A program made the translations under genes and the position numbers. From a cyanobacterium endosymbiont of Rhopalodia gibba (GTDB lineage Bacteria; Cyanobacteriota; Cyanobacteriia; Cyanobacteriales; Microcystaceae), in the NCBI GenBank assembly GCA_045159875.1, contig CP067995.1, positions 2,720,001 to 2,784,000 of the forward strand: a stretch of DNA of 64,000 nt, written 5' to 3'. This document shows, in pieces, positions 34,543-47,080 of the stretch (within the stretch, counting starts at the first letter, position 1; each line of letters opens with the position of its first letter). The notes under the pieces were generated by a model. That model saw only the letters and a program-made list of their open reading frames with translations, had not been told where the DNA came from and made no database searches.

Positions 34543-34980
34543 ATGTCCAATAATCCTCAAAAACCCTGTCAAAAAATTGTTGTTATTATCTCAGGGTTAG
34601 CTTTACTAGGAGTTATGATACTCCCCATATCGCGTTCAATAGATCAATCTCCGTATCCATCAGCAATCTCCACCACCAACAGTTCTCAACAAGAAAAGTT
34701 ACAAGTGCTCGCAGACGGCTATGAACAGGTATTAAAACGCGAACCTCAAAATACTACTGCTCTACAGGGATTAATAGAAGCAAGATTGCAACTCAAAGAC
34801 TTAAAAGGCGCCATTGTCCCAATGGAAAAATTAGTTCAATTATTCCCAGAAGAAGAAGAACTCGCGACTATCTTAAAAACTATGAAACAAGAATTAGAAA
34901 TACAAAAAAAATCATCCTCTTCGGTATTGTCTAATAATAATTCAGAACAACTCTTAATAGAAGACGAGGATAAGAATTAA
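34543..34980 (+). CDS. Tetratricopeptide repeat protein with N-terminal TM/signal segment
   Basis: GYEQVLKREPQNTTALQGLIEARLQLKDLKGAIVPMEKLVQLFPE. Confidence 0.82.
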   Translation: MSNNPQKPCQKIVVIISGLALLGVMILPISRSIDQSPYPSAISTTNSSQQEKLQVLADGYEQVLKREPQNTTALQGLIEARLQLKDLKGAIVPMEKLVQLFPEEEELATILKTMKQELEIQKKSSSSVLSNNNSEQLLIEDEDKN

Positions 34981-35135
34981 TCTGATGTATTTTCTTAAGT
35001 TAGTGAAATTAATAAATCAAGACATACTGAAGGCTTCTTTTCCTCAGAAAAAGCTGTATGGATTCATGATAAACAGCTTTAGGTTATATAACTTAATTTT
35101 TGTTGGGTTTAAACTGGAATAATTTAATATGTTTC

Positions 35136-36044
35136 TTAACTAGTTATAATTTAATTCTCAAAGAGAAAATCGATGTTAGTTTTGTAATGTTCTAATATCA
35201 AATCATTATTATTAAAATAATCTTTTAAGCAACCAAATCAATCACATTCTTGCGTCCAGTTTAATTTATTTAATATTTGATGAATATCAGCAAAAAAATG
35301 TTGTGCTCTTAGAGAAAAAGTTTTATTTTTACTTAAGTTAAACTGCTTGGGCTTATAACCAATACTTTTGAGCTTATCTGATGACTTTCCCGCCACCATT
35401 CCACAAGCATAAGCTAGTCTATCAAAGAGCACATAACGTTCTCCTCAAATTTTATAGATTTGTCCTATCACTTATTTATCTCCTAATGAAGAAGCAATTT
35501 CTTCAACTAAATCTTAAACATAGTAAAATTGAGTAGAATGTAATCCATTTCCAGGAAGAGAAAAAAAGAAATCATGAATAGTTCTCTCAAAAAAAACTAG
35601 GCTTATAAATTACTCCAATTATGAGTACCTTAGAGATAAGTGGGATGAATAGAAGTCCAAGTTATGCTTCTTTCAGGTTTTATAAATTATGTTTTTAACC
35701 TTCCTTTGTCTCAAAAAATGGCCTTTTTGAGTTCTTAAATCAATCAAAATAGAACTAATATAAACAAAATATTCAATCTTATCTAAGAAAATTTCTACTA
35801 AAGATTTGAATACCATTTAATTCCTAACTATCGTTATTAAACATAATATCAAAATTTTTTAAAAGACGATCTTTTTGTTGGTGTAATAATATCTTTATGT
35901 GCGCCATAATTGTCTTCTATTCTAGAGACTAGTGCAAATTTATCCTCTTACGTCAAATAAAACAACTTCATGATCTTGTTCGAATAAAACTTTAACTGAA
36001 TAAACTTCAATAAAACTGACTTCTCTCATGATTAGAACATGCAT
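35136..36044 (-). pseudogene. CSP41b-like NAD-dependent epimerase/RNA-binding protein remnant
   Basis: MHVLIMREVSFIEVYSVKVLFEQDHEVVLF (cf. MRILIMGGTRFIGVYL...GHEVVLFNRG), PGNGLHSTQF, GERYVLFDRLAYACG and FSLRAQHFFADIH. The Gly-rich motif is lost and there are many stops. Confidence 0.85.
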
Positions 36045-36212
36045 TATTTATCTTCAGAGAAGATAATAAAAAAGAAAATAGTCAGAATTTTATCTCTATT
36101 AAAATTTGTTAATTTTGTGACTAAAATTTAGTTTTAATTAGCAATACAATTATTATTAACTTAATTATGGTAAATTCTAAACCAAATATTTCCTAAAAAC
36201 AACGACAATTTC

Positions 36213-36250
36213 TTCTATTCCTTAGAATACTTGTAATCTAAGGAATAGAA
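36213..36250. repeat. 14-bp inverted repeat, 10-nt loop
   Basis: ttctattccttaga ... tctaaggaatagaa. Confidence 0.7.
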
Positions 36251-36457
36251 AGGATACTTGATTATTTATCATAATCTATGATTATCTATTATCCTGGCTT
36301 AGTGATTTAAGTTTTATCGTAAAGTTGATATTCTAATCTGTTGAAAAAACAAAACTTTATTACATCTACATCCCATTGACTTTTTTTGTCCTATTTCTCG
36401 AACTTATAAGGATGAGGTAAAAAACTTTTTCTTGTTCTGACTTTAGAAGTTCAGTAA

Positions 36458-37141
36458 TCATCCTCTCCCTTCAGGAGTAGCTAATTCAGGGTATCCTGCC
36501 TCAATTAAGGCTAAATTACGTATACGACAAGAATCACATAAACCACAGGGGTTTTCTCCTCCTTGATAACAAGACCAAGTATCCTCAATGGTGATCCCTA
36601 GAGCAATAGCGCGGTGTACAATATCTACTTTGGAATTCCTAAGTAAAGGGGCAATTAATTGTGGGGCATTGCCTTCAATTCCTGCTTTTGAAGATAAATT
36701 AGCTAACCTTTGATAAGCTTCAAGATAGTCCGAACGACAATCAGGATATCCTGAATAATCTACAGCATTAATTCCTATGAAAATCGCCTTAGCTTCTTTA
36801 GTTTCTGCTAGAGAGAGCGCAAGAGCGATAAAAACAGTATTTCTTCCTGGAACGTAGGTAGAGGGAATAATATTAGATTCAATTCCTTTTTGAGGAATAG
36901 TCAAAGACTTATCAGTTAGGGATGATCCTCCCCATTGAGCAATATTAACATCAATAATGTAGTGTTCGGTTATACCTAAGTCTTGAGCGATCTTCTTAGC
37001 TGCTGTTAATTCCTTTTCATTTCGTTGTCCATAGCGTAGAGAAAGAGCAATTAGATTGTAACCTTCAAAGAGAGCGATTGCGGCTGAGGTAGCTGAATCT
37101 AAGCCTCCAGATAGCAGGACAACGGCTCGAGGTTGATTCAT
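36458..37141 (-). CDS. queC: 7-cyano-7-deazaguanine synthase
   Basis: [30 protein letters not shown]...CGLCDSC. Confidence 0.96.
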   Translation of the reverse strand: MNQPRAVVLLSGGLDSATSAAIALFEGYNLIALSLRYGQRNEKELTAAKKIAQDLGITEHYIIDVNIAQWGGSSLTDKSLTIPQKGIESNIIPSTYVPGRNTVFIALALSLAETKEAKAIFIGINAVDYSGYPDCRSDYLEAYQRLANLSSKAGIEGNAPQLIAPLLRNSKVDIVHRAIALGITIEDTWSCYQGGENPCGLCDSCRIRNLALIEAGYPELATPEGRG

Positions 37142-37209
37142 AATGTTTTGTATACTCCTTTCCTTGTTAAGGAAAATCTATCTTTGCAGTTATTGTAGAA
37201 AATGAATTA

Positions 37210-37503
37210 ATGAAAAACCTTAAAACTCGTTTTGGTGAAGATCTTTCTGATGTTACATGGGAATACTTAATGTTCCATGCTCAAAAAGATACTATCATTT
37301 TTGTCACTAAACAGTTTTTTAAAATAAAAGTCAGGATTGCTATTGCTCAAGATAGTGTAAACTCTGTGCAACATTGGATGACCAAAGCCTTCATTCACAA
37401 ACCCTCTCCCGAACAATTGACAACTTGGAATGCTGATTCTTCCATTTGATTTAGCACATTAATTTTGCAGCTTTTTGTCTTAATTCAATATAAGGTAGAA
37501 TGA
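37210..37503 (+). pseudogene. DUF2288-family gene with a premature TGA at 37447
   Basis: W..L..HAQKD and AIAQDSVNSVQHW motifs. In-frame homology continues after the stop as FSTLILQLFVLIQ (cf. F..LIVQPFVLIQ). Confidence 0.75.
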
Positions 37504-37663
37504 GAATAAATTTGATTATGTAAAGTTTTACTAGGGCTATATAAATTTTATTAATACTTCGTAAACATTTATGCCAATAGAACCCAAAGCAGGTGTTCAC
37601 AAAAAGTTAACTAGGTTTTTAACTTGAAGTTAATCTATTTAAAATAATCAATTTTTTTCTATT

Positions 37664-38491
37664 TTATAGAATTTTTTCTAGTCCATAAATAAGAGATTTT
37701 AGTTGAGTTATTTTGCGAATAGCTAATAAAACTCCCGTCATATAACAAGAGCGATCACTGGTATCATGGCGTAAAGTATAAAGTTCCCCTTTTGCCCCAA
37801 AAAGAATTTCTTGGTGGGCGATTAAGCCAGGTAAACGCACACTATGAATTCTGATATTATTATTTCCTAACCCACCTCTTGATCCTTGAATAGTTTCTGT
37901 TTCTTTCACCGAAGAAGGGTTATATATTTTGCCCAAATCTGACAACATCTGAGCTGTTTTAACAGCAGTTCCACTAGGTGCATCTGCCTTTTGATTATGG
38001 TGAAATTCAACAATTTCTACATGATTAAAGTATTGAGATGCTTGAATTGCCGCTTGTTGCAATAACACCATACCAATAGAAAAATTAGGGATAATCAAAC
38101 ATCCGGTACTAGCTTTTTCAGCAAATTCTCCTAATTCTTTGATTTGTTTTTCGCTTAATCCTGTTGTCCCTACCACTGGACGTACTCCATAAGCAATCGC
38201 ACTTCGCACATTCTCATAGACCCCATCGGGGTGAGTAAAATCTACCATGACCCCTTGTACCTTTTCTTGGGCGGCTAAAACTAAAATACTTTGCAAATCA
38301 TTAATAATCGGTACCTCTAACGCCCCACATCCAGCCACTTCCCCGACATCTTGCCCATGATAATCAGGGTTATGATCCACTGCTCCGACTAACATCATAT
38401 CTTCAGCTTGAAAGACAGCCTTAACGACTTCACGCCCCATTTTACCTGCTGCTCCGTTCACTACTACTGGAATTAAAGATTCAGTTTTCAT
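37664..38491 (-). CDS. dapB: 4-hydroxy-tetrahydrodipicolinate reductase
   Basis: [36 protein letters not shown]. Confidence 0.96.
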   Translation of the reverse strand: MKTESLIPVVVNGAAGKMGREVVKAVFQAEDMMLVGAVDHNPDYHGQDVGEVAGCGALEVPIINDLQSILVLAAQEKVQGVMVDFTHPDGVYENVRSAIAYGVRPVVGTTGLSEKQIKELGEFAEKASTGCLIIPNFSIGMVLLQQAAIQASQYFNHVEIVEFHHNQKADAPSGTAVKTAQMLSDLGKIYNPSSVKETETIQGSRGGLGNNNIRIHSVRLPGLIAHQEILFGAKGELYTLRHDTSDRSCYMTGVLLAIRKITQLKSLIYGLEKIL

Positions 38492-39489
38492 TGATAATTA
38501 TCCTGAAGAATAAGTCTACAAATTGCATATTTTTTGTATTTTAACCTATTTGACACTTCTGTCGTTAGGTCTTCTATAATTACAGTAAATTTGCACTTAT
38601 CTGTGGACACAAAATATATCTACAGATTGGCAAGTAGACTTATTTTATAAAAAGATTGAAGATTTCCTAGACGGTTGCGTTCTTCTTCTAAAATGATTGG
38701 AATTAATTATTTTTAAAACATCTCTCACAATCTGTCAATTATGACATTAACAATAGTATTTATTGTGATAATAATAGTTTATTTAAAAAATAAATTAACG
38801 GAATTACTAATAAAAATATCTAAAAAACTATAAATAAACTAAGCCAATAAGTTATCTCCAGGAGAAACGGTAAACTTCAAAAAAAAATATTTATTAGTAG
38901 TAAAAATATCAATTTTTTTTAAAAAAAATAAAATTGCAGCGAAGAAATTTACGTAAAAAGCTGAATTAGGAGAAGATATATTGCATTTTGCTAAACAAGT
39001 CAATACTCGATACAACTTCAAAATACAAGTTGAAGAAGAAAAATACGTTAGAAATAAAAAAAAAGTATTTTTAAGGACAAATAGCTCTTCAAAAAGAACG
39101 GAAAGCTAAATTATGATAGATATATAGAACATTACTATTTCTAATTCAACAGAGACTAATTAGAGAAGAAATACAGAAAATTTTTGAGAGAGAATAAAAG
39201 ATGAAACAGGAACTATTGAAACGATTTATCGGTGGGATTAAAAGTCTATTTATTGCACTAAAAAAGCTTGTGAAGAACTAGGCTAGGCGTTGGATTATGG
39301 AATTTACTACTCATCCTGAACTAAGGATATTTGAAAAATAGTAAAAAATATTAACAATATATTAAAATTAATTAAAAAACAAGCCTAATAACTCTAGAAA
39401 ATTAGAAAAATTTAACCTAGAAGTTTTTTAATTTGTAAAATACAAAGTCAAGAAACTTCGTCATTTCAGTATAACCATCAAATTTCACT

Positions 39490-39537
39490 AATGTTATACT
39501 CATTAGTTTTTAGCTAAAAACTAATGAGTATAACATT
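39490..39537. repeat. Perfect 48-bp palindrome
   Basis: aatgttatactcattagtttttag|ctaaaaactaatgagtataacatt. Confidence 0.92.
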
Positions 39538-39945
39538 TATTTTAACTACTTAAGTTAGATGATTAATCCTGAATAGGTACAACAACTCCTAACCTATCCC
39601 AGTTTTAGCGAGCCTATTAAAGGACTCGACCAACTATGTTAGTTTGACCATAAAATTGCTTTTATCTTACTACAATTTCCGATTACTAATACTAATGAAC
39701 GAGTTTATTAGTATTAGTGAATCAATTTTTGGCAATCAAGATTCAAAGGTGGCATTGAAGTTACACAAGTGATCTCTTCCTTAAAATAACTCCGAAATTG
39801 ATACTGGATAAGTAGCTCAAGAAGCAAAGGCATATTTAATCTATTTACATCTTTGAAAGTGAGAAAATTTCGTTTGAATAAGAGAAGAAAGTCTGCCACA
39901 ATGAAAAAATATGACATTTAAACATTAAAACTCGGAGGAAACACT

Positions 39946-40173
39946 TTGCCACATACTATCATTACTGAAACCTGTGAAGGGGTTGCTGACTGTATAGACG
40001 TTTGTCCTGTTGCTTGCATCCATGAAGGTCCGGGCAAAAATGTTAATGGAACTGATTGGTATTGGATAGACTTTCAAACCTGTATTGATTGTGGAATTTG
40101 CATAACAGTTTGTCCAGTTGAAGGCGCAATTATTCCAGAAGAACGCCCTGAATTACAGAAAACACCATTCTAA
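39946..40173 (+). CDS. Bacterial-type dicluster ferredoxin ([3Fe-4S][4Fe-4S], Fed8-like)
   Basis: CEGVADCIDVCP and CIDCGICITVCP motifs; GGAGG RBS before a TTG start. Confidence 0.9.
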   Translation: MPHTIITETCEGVADCIDVCPVACIHEGPGKNVNGTDWYWIDFQTCIDCGICITVCPVEGAIIPEERPELQKTPF

Positions 40174-40269
40174 ATGGTCTAAAATAGAGGTTATCAACGG
40201 CTCATGGGAAAGACATTACCAGAATTTAAGTTAGTTTTTTACCCTAAATCATTGATAATTTTAAAGTCT

Positions 40270-40994
40270 ATAGAAAATATTTTAGAAGGAAAAAAAAGTG
40301 TTTATACAAGATATTTTGAAGACTTCAATATGCTGTAAGGAATTAACTTTCGTGTTACCCTAGAGAAATTAGTAGCTGTAATTGATCCTAATGGGCAGAA
40401 AAATCCACGTTTGGCCAAAACGATTTCTGGACTATTAACCCCCAAGCAGGGCAAAATCATCTTTAAAGTAGAAAATATCGCTCGGGTGCAATCAGATAAA
40501 ATTATCCGTTATGGGATGTGCTATGTTCCTCAAATTTCTAATGTTTTTTCTGCCTTAACCATCGACGAAAACTTAAAAGTGGGAGCCTTTTTTAAAAAAT
40601 GCTCTTTAAAAGAGGATAAAGATCGCATTTGTACCATGTTTCCTCGTTTGGGACAACATCGTCGTCAACGAGCTGGTCGGCTATCAGGGGGAGAACGCCA
40701 AATGCTAGCGATGGAACGAGCTTTAATGCTTGATCTAATTTGTTACTTTTAGATGAACCTTCGGTTGCCCTATCCCCCATTTTAGTTAAAAATATTTTTG
40801 AGTAAATTAAAGCCGTTAATCGAATGGGCAAAGCTATTGTTTTAGTAGAATAAAACGCTAAAAAAGCTCTGTTTAGCACTGATCGAGGCTATGTTTTAGA
40901 AAATGGCTGCGACCGTATTGAAGGATCAGGAGAATCCCTTCTTGATAATCCTAAAGTTGATCGATTATATTTGGATGCTGCTCATCAAGAGTGA
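40270..40994 (+). pseudogene. Neutral/branched-chain amino acid ABC transporter ATPase (NatE/LivF) remnant
   Basis: Broken Walker A (VIDPNG...KST), YVPQISNVF, LSGGERQMLAM, LLDEPS in a shifted frame, stop in VLVE*NA, DRGYVLENG. Confidence 0.88.
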
Positions 40995-41007
40995 TAATAA
41001 CCGGCTT

Positions 41008-41170
41008 GACCAAACTTAGGATAGTCAAAGTTCGTTAAAACCGAACATAGCCTAAATTTGGCAATAATTTTATTAATAAATAAACTTTTAAGAACTAAAA
41101 CAATTCTTAAATAAGATTCTCAAGACATTAATATTAACGATTATATATAACAGGCTGAATAAAACTTAGT
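41008..41170 (+). repeat. Degenerate dispersed ~160-bp element, copy B
   Basis: Colinear with 16471-16635. Confidence 0.7.
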
Positions 41171-41361
41171 AACCTAAATAAGTTTGAAAGAAATTAAAGG
41201 TATAAAAATTTTTAAAATAAAGGAGAAAGATTCATTTAATTTTTTGTGTTGAAGAGCTCGAGATAATGTCAACAGATTTTATGTTATCAAATCAATAGAT
41301 TTATCTAAAAATAGATTTTAGACTTTGGGTTATACTTTTAAAAGTTATTATCTTTGTCTAA

Positions 41362-41410
41362 TCATCAATAAATACAATAGACTATAATAGTCTATTGTAT
41401 TTATTGATGA
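41362..41410. repeat. Perfect 24-bp inverted repeat, 1-nt centre
   Basis: tcatcaataaatacaatagactat-a-atagtctattgtatttattgatga. Confidence 0.9.
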
Positions 41411-41577
41411 AAATTATCTTAGTAAAATATTTTTGTTAAACAAGTAATGAAAAATAAAGTCATATTTTAATCTTTTTTTAAAGAATATTAATTATTTTTT
41501 CTTCGGTCATTAACATCCGAGTTTCTAATTATCTTCCTTTTTTACTCTAAAACAACCTAATGACTATCTCCGTCTTT

Positions 41578-42568
41578 CTAAGAAAAATTTCTATTTAGAT
41601 AGAATAAAGTGAACAAACTAAAACAATAAAGTCGTACTCCATGGATATTTTTACTCAAATCATAGAAACTAGCAATAGAACTAATCAACGAACTCCGCGA
41701 CTGGCAGAACTTTTTAAAGTAAATTTAAATTTTTTTAATTATTGTCTTGGATGTTAGAAAGTAAAAATAAGCATAAAACTGTTCCTGCATGGCTTAGGCA
41801 AACTCCTTTTGGCTGAGAAAAAAAAACTTAATTTCATGAAATATTTTATAGACCAATGCAAGATTTTTTTTCGACAATTAAGTATTTACTTGAACGAAAA
41901 CCAAGTATTATATATAGTCGTAGTCTGTATTTTTTCCATATTTGTTTCTGTCCAAAAACTTAAGTTTACCTAAATAAAGAATACTTTATCCCTTAGAACT
42001 TTACACAGATTTGGTTTAATTCTTGGCCTAGTAATATTCAACGAAACTCGGAGAACTCAAACGTTAAAACCTAGAAACCTAGTCTTTATTGAAAAACCCG
42101 GGGGATAAGCTAACTATGGGTCTTCACTTTGCCAGAGCAACTAAAGGAAAACAAGTTTATAATAAATATTCCAATAGCAAAAGAAAAAATATTATGTTTA
42201 TTTAAAAATTGACTATATTGAGTTGTTGGGCTCTTCTCACTGATAAAATAGAAGTGCTTATACCATAAATTTTACTACAAGCTTATGTACTTAGAAATGA
42301 TTGACCGACTGATAAAACTACAAAATTTAGAAAAATAATGAGATCTATAGAAGTAAAACTCGTATTTTTTTTACTCCTCTTATTTCAACTTAATTAAAAC
42401 TGTTAGTCACAAATTTAAGGATATTTTTACCATAAAAAAATTTAAAATTTTAGAGGTATTAATCAATCAAAGTATCAATGAAACGGTTGACTTAGTAACC
42501 TATGAAGACATAATTGCCTGGTTTATCCACTGCTGTTATTATGGGCTACCCAATTGAAAACTGCTATA
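41578..42568 (+). mobile_element. Decayed IS630-family insertion sequence (~1 kb)
   Basis: IKSYSMD...LAELFKVNL (HTH), NLVFIE...LTMGLHFARATKG...RKNIMFI (DDE start), NC*SQI, EDIIAWFIHCCY*, and terminus aattgaaaactgctata. Left end approximate. Confidence 0.8.
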
Positions 42569-42760
42569 AGAAAAAAATGAACAGGAATGGTATTTTGTAT
42601 GATGTGACGCAATTAAGCACAGAGCTTTATTGTCAAAAGTCAGTCAAATACCCTAAAGTTTGACTCCTTTAGCTACAGTAATTATATTTACATCAAATAA
42701 AACGAATGCGACTTTGTGTCTCTTTTACTTAAATACCCTGTAAGCTAGAACAAAAATTTA

Positions 42761-43591
42761 ATGCTGACCTATCAAACCAAGGGAGATACCTCTTTGAGTA
42801 CCCCAATCCACCCTACTGCCATTATTCACCCGAAAGCAGAACTTCACCCCACCGTAGAAGTCGGCCCTTATGCAGTGATTGGAGAAAATGTAAAAATTAA
42901 TGCTCGAACCGTTGTTGGGGCTCATGCTATTATCGAAGGACCAATAGAAATTGGAGTTAATAATCGTATTTTTCCCAATGCTGTTATTGGTTCAGACCCC
43001 CAAGACTTAAAATATAAAGGAGCAGCCAGTTGTGCTAAAATTGGGGACCACAATATCATTAGAGAATTTGTTACTATTAATCGGGCAACCCACGCCGATG
43101 AGGTGACCCAAATTGGTGATCATAACCTGTTGATGGCTTATGTCCATGTTGCACACAATTGTGTGATTGAAGACAATGTCATTATTGCCAATGCTGTCGC
43201 TTTAGCTGGTCATGTTTACATTGAATCACGAGCAGTTGTTGGTGGAGCATTAGGGGTTCATCAATTTGTTCGTATCGGACGTAATGCCATGCTAGGGGGG
43301 ATGAGTCGTATTGATCGAGATGCTCCTCCGTTTATGATGATCGAAGGAAATCCATCACGGGTGCGCTCACTCAATTTAGTCGGACTCAAAAGAGCTGGAC
43401 TCACCACCCAAGATATAGGATACCTAAAAGAAGCCTTTCGTTTCCTTTATCGTTCAAATTTTACATTTAAAGAAGCTCTAGAGCAATTATCGAAGATCTC
43501 TGACAACGAATATGTTAAGTATCTCCACCATTTTTTGATGGACTCCACCACAGGAGAAAAACGACGCGGACCCATTCCAGCAAAAGCTTAG
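42761..43591 (+). CDS. lpxA: UDP-N-acetylglucosamine O-acyltransferase
   Basis: IHPTAIIHP hexapeptide repeats, PQDLKY, IREFVTINRAT, MAYVHVAHNC, GVHQF. Confidence 0.96.
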   Translation: MLTYQTKGDTSLSTPIHPTAIIHPKAELHPTVEVGPYAVIGENVKINARTVVGAHAIIEGPIEIGVNNRIFPNAVIGSDPQDLKYKGAASCAKIGDHNIIREFVTINRATHADEVTQIGDHNLLMAYVHVAHNCVIEDNVIIANAVALAGHVYIESRAVVGGALGVHQFVRIGRNAMLGGMSRIDRDAPPFMMIEGNPSRVRSLNLVGLKRAGLTTQDIGYLKEAFRFLYRSNFTFKEALEQLSKISDNEYVKYLHHFLMDSTTGEKRRGPIPAKA

Positions 43592-43644
43592 GGAAAAGCA
43601 CCAAGAGTTAACTACGGGGTTCATTTACACTTTTTAGGGAATCT

Positions 43645-44808
43645 ATGCGAATTTTTATCAGTACGGGGGAAGTATCTGGGGATTTACAGGGCTCAATGTT
43701 GGTTGAAGCTCTTTACCAACAAGCCGAAGGTCAAGGTATTCCTTTAGAAATTCTAGCCTTAGGTGGTGATCTCATGGCCCAAGCGGGGGCAAAATTGTTA
43801 GGGAATACCGCCGCCATTGGATCTATTGGTATTGTTGAGTCTCTTCCGTTTATTATTCCCACTTGGCTAATGCAACGTCGAGTTAAACAATATTTACGGC
43901 ACAATCCCCCCGATATTCTTATTCTTATCGATTACATGGGACCTAATTCCGCCTTCGGCCAATATGCTCGCAAGCATTTCCCTGAAGTTCCTATTATCTA
44001 TTACATTGCCCCTCAATCTTGGGTTTGGGCTCCAAATAGTAAAATTATTCAACAGTTCGCTCATATTACTGATCTTCTCTTAGCAATTTTTCCTGAAGAA
44101 GCCCGATTTTTCGCAGAAAAAGGTGTTAAAGCCAAGTGGGTTGGTCATCCCCTACTAGATCGCATAACCAAAGCCCCTAGCCGTGAAGAAGCCCGTCTTA
44201 GCTTAAATATTGACTCCGATCAAACGGTAGTCGCCTTATTTCCTGCTTCCCGTTATCAAGAGTTGAAATATCACCTTCCTCGGATCTGTAAAGCAGCCCA
44301 AAAACTCCAAGAAAAAATTCCTGATCTTCATTTTTTACTCCCTATTTCTCTAAGTGAATATCACGATACCATTAAAACAACAGTTAATGCCTATCAACTT
44401 TCGATTACTTTACTTGAGGGACAAGAAGCTTTAAAGGTAATGGCTGCAGCAGATTTTGCTATCGCTAAATCAGGGACTGTTAATTTAGAATTAGCTTTAC
44501 TTAGAATTCCTCAATTAGTATTATGTTTAGTCAATCCTTTAACTATGTGGATTGCTCGTAATATTTTAAAGTTTTCTATTCCTTTTATGTCTCCTCCAAA
44601 TTTAGTGATGATGGAGGAAATTGTTCCTGAATTATTGCAGGAAGAAGCAACCATAGATCGCATTGTCCAAGAGTCTTTAGAATTGTTACTTAATGCTGAA
44701 CGTCGTCAAAAAACCTTAGCAAATTATGACAAAATGTGTAGTCTCTTAGGAGAGGTGGGGGTATGCAATCGCGTGGCAATGGAAATTTTGGAATATAAAC
44801 AAAAGTAA
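43645..44808 (+). CDS. lpxB: Lipid-A-disaccharide synthase
   Basis: ISTGEVSGDLQG, YYIAPQSWVW, WVGHPL, FPASR, KSGTVNLELAL. Confidence 0.96.
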   Translation: MRIFISTGEVSGDLQGSMLVEALYQQAEGQGIPLEILALGGDLMAQAGAKLLGNTAAIGSIGIVESLPFIIPTWLMQRRVKQYLRHNPPDILILIDYMGPNSAFGQYARKHFPEVPIIYYIAPQSWVWAPNSKIIQQFAHITDLLLAIFPEEARFFAEKGVKAKWVGHPLLDRITKAPSREEARLSLNIDSDQTVVALFPASRYQELKYHLPRICKAAQKLQEKIPDLHFLLPISLSEYHDTIKTTVNAYQLSITLLEGQEALKVMAAADFAIAKSGTVNLELALLRIPQLVLCLVNPLTMWIARNILKFSIPFMSPPNLVMMEEIVPELLQEEATIDRIVQESLELLLNAERRQKTLANYDKMCSLLGEVGVCNRVAMEILEYKQK

Positions 44809-47080
44809 CTAAGGATTTTATGAGTATTTTAAATACCAAAAATACGAAAAATTGCTGTTTGTTCTGAAAATCATTACTAATACAATTAAAGACTTTTTTA
44901 TTATTTGTGCATGATCTTTCAATTAGTCATACTAAAAGAAATAACAGAATAGGATAAACAATAGAAATAATTTCCATGACCATCAAAACCTATATTAACT
45001 TAGTAGTTATTTCAGTTTATTCTATTTGTTGGTCAGAAAATATCTTAAGTTACAGTTTTTAGTCTTTTCAATTTAAGAACATTAAACGGCTTTCAATTGA
45101 TTTACTTAAATAAAAATTATTTCCTTATTATTTTCTTACTATTGGGATTAATTTATATTTATTAAACTTAAATTTTATATAAAACTAAAAAATATAAATA
45201 AAAAGTTTAATTATCAATTGTAAGCTGATTCAAAGATCTAATTAGTATAAATAATACTAATATTAATTAGTCAGGTTATATTTGGATATAAAAATATGTT
45301 AGGTAAATATTTTTACTTAATTTATACTTATAAGATCAAATGCTTAACTCAGTTTAATGAATAAATTTAAAAATTTATAAGTATTTACCATTACCTATTA
45401 TCAGCTTTTAAATGATATAGAGATAGTTGTATTTATTATAGCCTAATCACCAATAAACTTAATTAAAATTAATAAATTAATTATTATAAATTTGCTTTAA
45501 ATAAACGTAATTCTTTCTATCTAACTATTTAATGATAAATTTGCTAATCGAAAAAGAATTAAAACCTTAACTTAAACATAAGTAGAAAACGTTGCTAATT
45601 TCTTTAAAAAGATACTAGTCCTAAGAAAGAATTAGAATTCTTTCTTAAGAGAACTAAGAGTAAGCAATAGAAAAATTTAAATTATCTAGATGTTATTAAA
45701 AATATTATCTGTCATTTTTAATGACATCTTAAATAGATATTAAGTTTTTAAAAAAACTCTCATTAAAGGAGAAAGTAGTTGAATAAATTCTCAAAATTAT
45801 TCGTATTTTTCTGAAAAAACCTAGAAAAAACAATAAATAACAGTAAAAATAAAAAGTAATATACATAACTAAAAAACTAGAAAATCTAAAATATTAAAAA
45901 TTAAGAGGTAGATAAAGTTTAAAAATGCTGCATAGACAAAGAGACAAATACGATAATTATTTTTGATAATGACTTAGTGTATAAAAGTAATTTAGTTAAA
46001 GCTAAATTAAAATAATTACATTAAATAAAATACAATAAAATCACTACGAATATATTTAAATATGAATTTTGTATGATGAAAAAAATAAAACCTAGTAATC
46101 ATTGACTACAGAAAATATAAGTGCAATTTATATAAATTTGACTCAAATTATTTAAATATATAAATATTAGAATATTTTTGTATTTATCCATCGGTACCCA
46201 AAACACATTAAAATTTGCAGTTAATTCTTCTGAAGATAACAAGTTATTTTAACTATTAAATTAATTCGCTATTTAGAATAGCTACCCGATAAGATTTTAA
46301 TTTATTTTAAAGATAAATTTATTCAAAGTAAAAGCCTTTTCGGCTTCTGCTCTAGTCTTCTATAGTCAAGAAAATTTTAAATAAAGTCAATGTTAAAAAA
46401 TAATTGTAGGTAAATAAAAAGTATTTTTTACTATTCAAGACAGATATAAAAACAATAAGTATTAAGAAATATTATTGATTAATTATTTAGATGTTAAAAA
46501 CAAGACACTAGTATTAGTCGGTAGAATATTGTATTGGCTAATAGTAATTAATTGATAAAAAATTAAATAATATCAAGTTTTTTTTAAAAAAAAGTAAGTA
46601 AATAATAGAAAGATGTCTTAAATCTTTTATTGATGTCTTTCTATTGTCAAGAATTATAAATTAGTTTGACATAAATAACTTGTATATCGTGTTATAAGCA
46701 ATGTACTTTTCTTTGCTTTATATAAAAGAACAATTCTAATTGAAAAGCTTTTTTACAGTTGATTTATGAATCAAACTAAACGAAATTAAAGAACCATCTA
46801 AAAAAGCTAATAGAATTTAGTTAAATGTTTTTGCCGTAGCCAATAATAATAATTTTTATTTGAATAAATTAAAGCAAAAAAATAAAAATAGATATTTACG
46901 CTAAAGCCATAAAAACTAGTATTGATATTAATTAGCCAGATAATTAGTAGGATATTTATAAATTGTTTTTTTGGATGTTATTAAGCAATAGAAAGTATAA
47001 CAATATTTTTTCATGGACTGGCAAAATTTTATTTAATTGAGGCATTATTACTTAATATATTAGAACAATATTTTTCATGT

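Noticed and set aside
38690..39900. Gene-like remnants between dapB and the ferredoxin, including track ORFs 38839 and 39714
   Set aside because: No identifiable family; probably decayed coding sequence.
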